DNA from: a phage
Direction: 5' to 3' (one strand)
DNA: 64,000 nucleotides
Assembly: GCA_025823825.1 (NCBI GenBank)
Contig: GCA_025823825.1_4720.1
A program made the position numbers and the translations under genes. Below the pieces are notes generated by a model. That model searched no databases and was not told the DNA's origin. It was given only the letters and a program-made list of their open reading frames with translations. This document shows positions 56,831 to 64,000 of the stretch, one piece after another. Each line of letters begins with the position of its first letter. Within the stretch, counting starts at the first letter, position 1.

Positions 56831-57691
56831 TTAGGATATACGGTGCATCGTCGGTGCGATTGGTCGTTGACCAAGGTAGAATGTATATCTCGGACGATTC
56901 TTCGGTGCCTGGTTTGGTTGAGGATTCTTCGAATCGATAGCTAACACATAGTACTGAAGTGTGGGGTTGAGTGTCGTCAGATAGTTTCTGATGAACTCCT
57001 TGTTTAAACTTTCAGTCGGGGTTAATACATGTCCGTTGATTGTAACGACGGTGCCGTCGGAACGTATTTCACGAACAATGCACCAGGCCCCCGCACCAAC
57101 ATCGGTAGGGATAGTCGTGCTGGGTGTGATGGTTAGATATTTATCGAAGAATTCGCAGCAAAGAGGATGCTTATAGACCGTTACGGTATCATCTCCTGGC
57201 GAGGTTCTCTCTTTTGTTACAAGATCCATTGCTGGTACGAAAGTGTTGATTTTGGCAACCTTATCGGCATCTTCGTTCGCTTCGATATAAATCTCTGCTT
57301 TACCGTACACGCTCTGAACTAAACGACGTAACTGTTCGTATGTTTTCGGTGAGGTTAGCTGCACCCGACTGAGCAGTTCATCGTACCAAGCTTCGAAGGT
57401 GCTTGTTGGTATCTTAACGTATGCCTTATTCCCGGTTTCATTTTCATCCCGGAAGATAATCGCAACGGTATCAGGCTCGTCAAGAGAGTCCAGGTAAACG
57501 ATGTGCTCGACCAACGCAGAAAATGTCTTACGTCCAATTCCCCCATAGTACGGGATTGCTGAATGAACCAGCCGCCAGTTACATGAAGTTTGGATATGAT
57601 CGAAGGCGTTGATCATGTTTTTACTATAACGAAAAATTTCAGTAAAATATTCTTTACGTTCTTTACTAAGACGTTTGTATATCTTGGTCAT
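56831..57691 (-). CDS. paralog-family protein (286 aa)
   Basis: C-terminal domain ...YKHPLCCEFFDKYLTITPS...WCIVREIRSDGTVVT...YVLAIDSKNP; N-terminus MTKIYKRL parallels MTDIYQKL in 57745..58545. Confidence 0.6.
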   Translation of the reverse strand: MTKIYKRLSKERKEYFTEIFRYSKNMINAFDHIQTSCNWRLVHSAIPYYGGIGRKTFSALVEHIVYLDSLDEPDTVAIIFRDENETGNKAYVKIPTSTFEAWYDELLSRVQLTSPKTYEQLRRLVQSVYGKAEIYIEANEDADKVAKINTFVPAMDLVTKERTSPGDDTVTVYKHPLCCEFFDKYLTITPSTTIPTDVGAGAWCIVREIRSDGTVVTINGHVLTPTESLNKEFIRNYLTTLNPTLQYYVLAIDSKNPQPNQAPKNRPRYTFYLGQRPIAPTMHRIS

Positions 57692-57744
57692 TTTTGTAGC
57701 TCCTCGATTAAAGTAAAGATGAACGCGATCATTTATTATCGCTT

Positions 57745-58545
57745 TTAGTTTTTACCATTCCCCCAGCTAGGTTCTTCGTAGAAATGATGCGGATAACCAG
57801 AGTAGGAACCCATGACACAAGAGGCCGTTTCTTTTCGTGAATCGATGACCAGCGCATAAAACTGTCTGAGGTTCGACAACATAGAGAAATAAGACGACAG
57901 CACTTTTTCGTTTAACGCATCGCACGGTAAGCAGGTGCGACCGCAAAACGTCACAATACGGCCATCAGGATAGATCTCACGAATCATTCGCCATTCACCG
58001 ATGTCGACCGGCGACGGTGTAGATGTACCGCCCGTTATTGTTAAATATCGGTCGTACGTAGTACGGCATTCAGGATGAACGTAAATCGGTTGGGCATCAA
58101 TACTATCGTTTTCTGTTTGATCTTTACTCACGTATACCTCAAGGTAGATTGTTGGTAACCCGGTTAGAACGCCAGTATCACGACGTTTTTTGGTAATCCG
58201 GGGACGGATATTATCGAGCACGCCTTCCAGTTTTTCTGCGACTTCGTCAGCCGGTAATATATACCCGTATGTTGGTTCTGGGTCATCATCGTGGCTAAAT
58301 AAGATACGACAGTCGTTTTTATTAAATTCTATATCTTCAGGTGGGAAGATGATGACGCGAACCGTATGGCGTTCTGCGATATAAAATCCTTCAGGCCCCT
58401 CAGTTTTGGTAAGTGTAAAGGACCAGGATGAATGATCTTCAAGTGACGTGCCTGCCAGGAAAAAGTCCGCCCGAATTGGTGCGTTCCATTTCGCGATCAT
58501 ATTGGCGTGACCAATAACGCCTAATTTTTGATAAATATCTGTCAT
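57745..58545 (-). CDS. paralog-family protein (266 aa), first gene of the operon
   Basis: C-terminal domain ...YVHPECRTTYDRYLTITGG...WRMIREIYPDGRIVT...YALVIDSRKE; the promoter-like motif lies about 60 nt upstream. Confidence 0.6.
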   Translation of the reverse strand: MTDIYQKLGVIGHANMIAKWNAPIRADFFLAGTSLEDHSSWSFTLTKTEGPEGFYIAERHTVRVIIFPPEDIEFNKNDCRILFSHDDDPEPTYGYILPADEVAEKLEGVLDNIRPRITKKRRDTGVLTGLPTIYLEVYVSKDQTENDSIDAQPIYVHPECRTTYDRYLTITGGTSTPSPVDIGEWRMIREIYPDGRIVTFCGRTCLPCDALNEKVLSSYFSMLSNLRQFYALVIDSRKETASCVMGSYSGYPHHFYEEPSWGNGKN

Positions 58546-58600
58546 GATTGTATCCTCGGTTATTAAGAGAAATTTACAGTGATAACAGTAACCGTTGTCA

Positions 58601-58625
58601 TCACCTTAGTAATATAGCCATGAAA
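58601..58625 (-). promoter_or_regulatory. promoter-like motif, copy 3 (TATATTAC core)
   Basis: Minus-strand reading TTTCATGGCTATATTACTAAGGTGA; differs from copy 1 at 2 of 25 positions. Confidence 0.55.
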
Positions 58626-58659
58626 TAAACTGGAGTAACGCGCTTAAGACAGCATAGAA

Positions 58660-58691
58660 CCCTCTCCCAACCCATAAGGGAAGGGAGAGGG
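58660..58691. terminator. conserved CCTCC/GGAGG hairpin element (family member 9)
   Basis: CCCTCTCCC-AACCC-ATAA-GGGAA-GGGAGAGGG just downstream of the stop of 58696..60063; CATAG on the 5' flank. Confidence 0.65.
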
Positions 58692-58695
58692 AATA

Positions 58696-60063
58696 TTAAA
58701 CGGTTGGACGAACGGTGTTGTCTTTTTCTGGTGCAAGCCATAACGTGACCGTACCATGACATGTCCACTGTGGTTCACGTACAGAAGAACCTGCCATTGT
58801 AACAGCGCAATCGGTACGCATGATAACCCCGTATGCTTCGCAGAGATTGTTATCCTGCATCCACACAACTTTAGCAGGCATGCCGGGATACAACATATCC
58901 ATGTTTGCGTACTCCCACACCAACTGCATTGTCCTGCCGCGTAATCCAGCAGTATTACTTAATTCACGCCATCGGTTATCGGTTACGCGTCCCATCCCTT
59001 TCGCCACCTTCACGTTATCGCTACGTTCTTCAGTTACGTACTCGCTAACGTTTACGGTACGACTGATTATTGTATCGCCCCCTTTTGATAATGTCATTCC
59101 CTGACTCATCTGACTTGCCGAAACAAAACGCCCACCCGCATTACCTAACAACGAAGCCGCGTTATTGATGTCGCTTACCGACGCCCCTCTCGTACAGGCG
59201 ATTTCCACGTATTTGTCACGATTGATCCAGGTCTTGTCCATACCCGGAAACATATCGGCAGGATAGTTGTAAAAGATAGCCGTACGGCGACCATCAGAGA
59301 AACGGGTTTCGTCGTAGAGAGGATAAATATACAGATACGGGGATTGATAATAACAACCGACGTCCGCTGAATAAATACCGACCTGGTTCTGGATTTTGTC
59401 TACGAGATCCATTGCGTTGGTGCCATGCGGAAGAATAAGCAACTTGAACAGGTTGTCGTTATTCGGTGCAACAATGTCTACACCCTGCATTTTGAATCCG
59501 GTGTCAGCTTCGACCGCAGAAAGTATCTTGCTGAATTCGAGTCGTAACACATCCAGAACTTTCGACCCAGTATAGTTTTCACCGGTTTCTGATTGCATGA
59601 AGCTTTCAAGAACAGGATCGAACAGTTGAAATTGAAGATCGACCATTTGTTCGTAGTCTTTCTTCGAAGAATCGGTTGCGGTACGTTCGTCGTTAGCAGA
59701 CATACGACTGTCTACGGTTGTTAAACAAACCGCTCGGTAGACGTAAGCTTGTGCAGCATCGTCTACGGTTTGGCGTTGTCCGCGCATCAGGCTGTACGCT
59801 TGCACGATGATGCGCATTTTAAGTTGTTGTTGGTACGGTAAGATGTATTTTCCGTAACTGCCTGGCGGGAACTTTACAGAGATATAAAGTTCATCTCCTG
59901 CGTTACGTTCATAGTCTCGATACGTGTGGACTTGAGTCACTAAAGGAACAGACACCGTCATTGACGGCGTGATTAATTCCGCGGTGACTTTATACGCAAC
60001 AGCAACTGCTTCCTGCGCAAATGTACCGATATACCGTCCTAACGGCGTCTGTTTGTAATCCAT
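58696..60063 (-). CDS. hypothetical protein (455 aa), last gene of a virion-type operon
   Basis: Track ORF; followed by a hairpin terminator; the upstream genes overlap it in series. Confidence 0.6.
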   Translation of the reverse strand: MDYKQTPLGRYIGTFAQEAVAVAYKVTAELITPSMTVSVPLVTQVHTYRDYERNAGDELYISVKFPPGSYGKYILPYQQQLKMRIIVQAYSLMRGQRQTVDDAAQAYVYRAVCLTTVDSRMSANDERTATDSSKKDYEQMVDLQFQLFDPVLESFMQSETGENYTGSKVLDVLRLEFSKILSAVEADTGFKMQGVDIVAPNNDNLFKLLILPHGTNAMDLVDKIQNQVGIYSADVGCYYQSPYLYIYPLYDETRFSDGRRTAIFYNYPADMFPGMDKTWINRDKYVEIACTRGASVSDINNAASLLGNAGGRFVSASQMSQGMTLSKGGDTIISRTVNVSEYVTEERSDNVKVAKGMGRVTDNRWRELSNTAGLRGRTMQLVWEYANMDMLYPGMPAKVVWMQDNNLCEAYGVIMRTDCAVTMAGSSVREPQWTCHGTVTLWLAPEKDNTVRPTV

Positions 60064-60065
60064 GT

Positions 60066-60671
60066 TTAACGACCCCGTTGCTGTTGTTGAATAATGAATT
60101 CTTCGATCTTCGTACCACGGAATTCGCTGTGACGAACCGCCTGAAGTTGCTCTTCAACGGTTGGGCCTGCATTGAGACCGCCGCGACGTGCGCGGTTGAT
60201 ACCGATTTTACGGCGCTGGCCGATTTCACGTAAACGTGAAGATAATCCGCTCATTTCGGTTGGGTCTTTAATGCGACCGCGTGCAACGTTCCACAGACCA
60301 CCCATGAACTCTTCGAGAATACGGCTGGCTTCGAGAGACGGTACGCGCGCGTTGGGATCGTTTTCAAGATTGTATTTAACGTATTCCGTGTGTTCCAGAA
60401 GAAGCATGAACATCTTCATGGCGTTCACGTCGGGATTTGCAATACGCATAGGAACACCACGAGAATGTTTTTCAGCAGCCTGCGGTACGGTAAGCTGTGC
60501 GGGCACCTCTTCGTTCATGGCCATATCGTCGATTTCTGCAACCCCTGAAGAGTAGACGCCGCTGACCTCATTGGTGTAATTGTCCACCATGAATTTACGG
60601 GGGATCCAGAATTCGAATTTACGTTCAAATAGACGTTTGGTTGGGGTATCTTTAACGTGTTGTAGACTCAT
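60066..60671 (-). CDS. hypothetical protein (201 aa)
   Basis: Track ORF; start overlaps the stop of the upstream gene. Confidence 0.55.
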   Translation of the reverse strand: MSLQHVKDTPTKRLFERKFEFWIPRKFMVDNYTNEVSGVYSSGVAEIDDMAMNEEVPAQLTVPQAAEKHSRGVPMRIANPDVNAMKMFMLLLEHTEYVKYNLENDPNARVPSLEASRILEEFMGGLWNVARGRIKDPTEMSGLSSRLREIGQRRKIGINRARRGGLNAGPTVEEQLQAVRHSEFRGTKIEEFIIQQQQRGR

Positions 60672-61984
60672 GGTTCAATAGCTCCTGCTCGTAACAGCAT
60701 AATAACGAACGGTGTGAAATAATAACGATCTAGCGGAGAAAGCAATGGTAATGCGTCAACCATCTGTTTCAGTGCTGGATGGCTGATCGCTTTCTCATCG
60801 ACCATATCACGTACCATACTCTCAATGATTGTCATTGGGGCTTGATTGCGATAGAAAGCCTCTGTGAAAACATAGTACGGATCGTCCGCTACTGATGGAA
60901 ATAACGGAACGCCGTCATACTCCATCGATGTAAGGTTGGTCACCAACGGATTTGTCGGTGGTGTGTTTTCAGGTACAGCCAACTCTTTACCTACGTCTTC
61001 ACCGAGCGACGTGGTCGCAGGCCACATACAGAATCGCGCCCCGCTAAAACGAATCCCACCTGCAGCCGGGTACTGATAGAAACGCTTTGTTGACAACAGT
61101 GTGAATTTCACCGTCAACCGCGCCTCGTCTTCCCGACGTCCGTCCATGACCCATTCAAAGACAGAAATTGCGTTCGCTTCCTGGTTGTCGTCTACGTTAA
61201 GGCGTCCGAAGTTCCATGATGGTTTTCCTTCAAGCGACGACCATAATTTCGTAAACGCATTAACACACCAGGGATCGTAGGTTGCCGCATCCTGACCAGG
61301 AACAAGTAGTGTGTTTAGTTCACGACTGTAGAATTCATGGTAATACGCATGACAAAGTCCCAGTGCACGACGGAGATAATCATACTTACGATTGTATTTC
61401 TCCGTTGCCATTACAGGATGTTTTCCGTGCTTTAACTGGTCTTGGTCGTATAGCGTATCCTCAACGATTTTCGCTTCCAGTTCGATAAGCTGTTTTTCGT
61501 CAAGAATACGTTGGAAGGAAATGTCGCATTCGTAAGCAGGTGCTAAGCTGATGTTCTTCGGCGTGATTCGGGTGATCGTGTACACCGCGATACGATGATC
61601 GAGACCGGAGATTAACAGCATGTTACCTAAAAGAGGAACCGATACCGCCGGAAGTATACACGTACCCTCGGATTGAAAACGTGCGGTCCCGTTGTCGTAC
61701 GACGGCGTCAATGACGACATTAACTTGATAGGGTAATGTCTGATACGGCGGTACTGCTGTTCAGCGATATCGCGGTTAGCTTGAAAACTGCTTTGTTCAT
61801 CGTCGCGACCGAGAATCTGTTCGTAATAATCGCATTCTACGGAATAACCGGATGCGTAATTCACCAGTCCGATTTGACTATTGTATTGCTCATCCACCAC
61901 CGCAGAACGATAAACATCGTCGCGAGCCTTCGCGGGTTGTTGGGGGTTGATGATGGGTTTCGCGGGCTTCTTAGCGAGCGCCAT
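60668..61984 (-). CDS. hypothetical protein (438 aa)
   Basis: Track ORF. Confidence 0.6.
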   Translation of the reverse strand: MALAKKPAKPIINPQQPAKARDDVYRSAVVDEQYNSQIGLVNYASGYSVECDYYEQILGRDDEQSSFQANRDIAEQQYRRIRHYPIKLMSSLTPSYDNGTARFQSEGTCILPAVSVPLLGNMLLISGLDHRIAVYTITRITPKNISLAPAYECDISFQRILDEKQLIELEAKIVEDTLYDQDQLKHGKHPVMATEKYNRKYDYLRRALGLCHAYYHEFYSRELNTLLVPGQDAATYDPWCVNAFTKLWSSLEGKPSWNFGRLNVDDNQEANAISVFEWVMDGRREDEARLTVKFTLLSTKRFYQYPAAGGIRFSGARFCMWPATTSLGEDVGKELAVPENTPPTNPLVTNLTSMEYDGVPLFPSVADDPYYVFTEAFYRNQAPMTIIESMVRDMVDEKAISHPALKQMVDALPLLSPLDRYYFTPFVIMLLRAGAIEP

Positions 61985-63536
61985 AGCGTTTCACTCCTAC
62001 GATGGTACCGACAAGAATTCTCGGTACGAATAAACTACGATGTTTGAACCATGAAGCGGTTGTTGGGATACGTTTGATGGCTTCGATAAGCCCGATTAGC
62101 GTATAGCATCCCCGACTGTTCTTCTTAGGCCAGTACTTTTTATCTAAACCTAATACCGCAAACAGTTCATCCACCAGATTGGGATAACAACACAATGCTT
62201 CAAGTGTTTCAACCTGTAACTGACTTAAATCTAACAGTATCGCCAGACGAACGTGGTAATCACTCCGTAGGTCTAATGGATCTTTCGCTTCAAGATCACC
62301 AACGTCGGTTAATGTCCACGCGTCTCTTGCGTAGCGGTATTTGCCCTTCCAAACCTCAAGGAAAAAAGGAGACTGGTAATGACATTTTGACCATTCCGGG
62401 TACTCACGGAACCACCGAACAAGATCGGGATGGAATTCACCTTCTTCGGCTAACGAGTCCAACGTCACCAACAGGTTAGGTTGTTCAGGATCGATGGCAA
62501 GCAGCGCGGTGAAAAGCGTGCTTGATGGAAGTTCGGTTTCCACACTTGATGGCGGTAGCCATTCATCCAAATCAGGATACCGATACGCTTGAATTGATGC
62601 ACCCTGTTCAGGCAAGAACGAATCACGAAGAATGTCCTGATACTGCACCACCATACCACCACGACGCGCACGGGATTTATCACGCACCGAAAGGCTCGGT
62701 TTGTAAAGGTACTCTTCGGGGAGTATCTGTTGGTGTACTTGAACAGGATACCGTGCTACGATATGTGTTGGTGTGTCGTATGTGTATCGGTAAGAGAAGG
62801 TTGCGTTGTACGAAGAACTGTTCTCATTCTTCTCGGGTTTCGGAGCGTCGGTGAAATCAAATTGACCAGAGATCTCTTCTTGCATTTCCCTGATAACCAA
62901 TTTAACGCTCTTACCGTCACCGGCAACTGTCGTCATGGTGGTTGCACGGTTGTCGAACCCGTCTCTAAGGTATTCGCTGAACTTATCCCCGTAACCCGCT
63001 ATTGCTTCTCGGTGTGTATGAATAACTTTTAACAACATGAGAAACTGTGTAGGGATCGCATAGCTGTATTCAGCACTAAGAAAGGCGGCGACATGCTGAC
63101 TTGTCAGCAAACGTTTCATGTCGTACCACCAACGTTCGGCAGTGACCTGATCTTCGAACCGTTTGGTGATCTGCATGGTTGCAACCATCGTACTGTAAAC
63201 AGGTACTAACGATACGCCAAGGTTACGGTCTTCAAATACGGGAAGACTGTTTCGTTTGTAAACGGTATCGTACATAGAGGCTTGTTCTTCGGGGACAATA
63301 TTAAGCTCAATTTGGATAAACCCATCAGCAGGCCCTTTTACATCCTGATCAACAACTTGCGGTGGTTGCTCGTTCGCAGCGCTCATTTTAGCGTGAAGCG
63401 CTTCCCCTCGAAAAAGAATGTTCTCCCGATTATAATCCCACCCGCAAAGCTCGCTGATCTGCCGTAACACCGCGATTGCAACCGGACGTGTTACCGTCGC
63501 GTATACGTCATTGATTTTTCGATCAAGTTTAGGCAT
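61971..63536 (-). CDS. hypothetical protein (521 aa)
   Basis: Track ORF 61971..63563 trimmed to the ATG at 63536 (GAGGA 8 nt upstream). Confidence 0.6.
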   Translation of the reverse strand: MPKLDRKINDVYATVTRPVAIAVLRQISELCGWDYNRENILFRGEALHAKMSAANEQPPQVVDQDVKGPADGFIQIELNIVPEEQASMYDTVYKRNSLPVFEDRNLGVSLVPVYSTMVATMQITKRFEDQVTAERWWYDMKRLLTSQHVAAFLSAEYSYAIPTQFLMLLKVIHTHREAIAGYGDKFSEYLRDGFDNRATTMTTVAGDGKSVKLVIREMQEEISGQFDFTDAPKPEKNENSSSYNATFSYRYTYDTPTHIVARYPVQVHQQILPEEYLYKPSLSVRDKSRARRGGMVVQYQDILRDSFLPEQGASIQAYRYPDLDEWLPPSSVETELPSSTLFTALLAIDPEQPNLLVTLDSLAEEGEFHPDLVRWFREYPEWSKCHYQSPFFLEVWKGKYRYARDAWTLTDVGDLEAKDPLDLRSDYHVRLAILLDLSQLQVETLEALCCYPNLVDELFAVLGLDKKYWPKKNSRGCYTLIGLIEAIKRIPTTASWFKHRSLFVPRILVGTIVGVKRYGAR

Positions 63537-63912
63537 CGGTGTCGTCCTCGCTAATTTCCTCACCTCCTTGTTGTCGATATCCGGTATAATGAATCAGACT
63601 GCTCTGTAGAAGCTCTTTAACGAGCCCTAGACGCGTTTTATCTGTTTCATTGGACGTTTCCATTAATGTTTCTATTTCGTTGTTTAAAACAGCGTATAGC
63701 GCTTCTAACGGCAATCCTTGGATGATTGGTTTGATGGTACCTTCCGGTAGTGCCGCAACAGGAATCTGCACGACGGTTTCGTGTGCGGTATGTGGGTTAA
63801 TACGGCAAATATACATACCGGGTACTGAATGTCGCGGGCACGCCGCTACCAAGCATGTCTGTTGCTGCGCACCGTTAAGTGCGAGTGAAAGAAATTTTGC
63901 TTCACGTGTCAT
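63529..63912 (-). CDS. hypothetical protein (127 aa)
   Basis: Track ORF. Confidence 0.5.
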   Translation of the reverse strand: MTREAKFLSLALNGAQQQTCLVAACPRHSVPGMYICRINPHTAHETVVQIPVAALPEGTIKPIIQGLPLEALYAVLNNEIETLMETSNETDKTRLGLVKELLQSSLIHYTGYRQQGGEEISEDDTDA

Positions 63913-63963
63913 CGCAGATTCCTGTTTGAAAGATAAGATATCACATGATGGTCGACAGCATAA

Positions 63964-63985
63964 AGCCCACCCCGAAGGGCGGGCT
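63964..63985 (-). terminator. hairpin, probably the terminator of a gene beyond the window end
   Basis: AGCCCACCCC-GAA-GGGCGGGCT; on the minus strand it is followed by CTTTATG. Confidence 0.4.
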
Positions 63986-64000
63986 GTTTATGCGTACGGA

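Overview
This 64 kb window looks like part of a large virulent dsDNA phage genome, most likely a phiKZ-like jumbo phage of an enterobacterial host; that placement is inference from the sequence alone. I found no rRNA, tRNA, CRISPR array, integrase or transposase. About 60 protein-coding genes are tightly packed, mostly on the minus strand, with frequent ATGA stop/start overlaps. Recognisable modules are: (1) a DNA metabolism and recombination block at 1-16.7 kb (RecA-fold protein, RNase H, thymidylate kinase, RuvC-like resolvase, Rad50/SbcC-like ATPase with a CPKC zinc hook); (2) three minus-strand operons of small unknown proteins, each behind a near-identical 25-bp promoter-like motif with a TATATTAC core (6.7-9.2 kb, 17.9-21.8 kb, 54.8-58.6 kb); (3) a lysis and host-recognition block at 24.4-33 kb (GH108-type endolysin, five tail-fibre-like genes); (4) virion-type operons at 34-64 kb, including a 740-aa strongly codon-optimised gene that I call the putative major capsid protein. 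The most distinctive non-coding signal is a family of about 10 near-identical GC-rich hairpins (CCTCCTCC-AACCC-loop-GGGAA-GGAGGAGG) at gene ends. Most products could not be assigned from sequence alone. Regulatory-element coordinates are approximate to within 1-2 nt.
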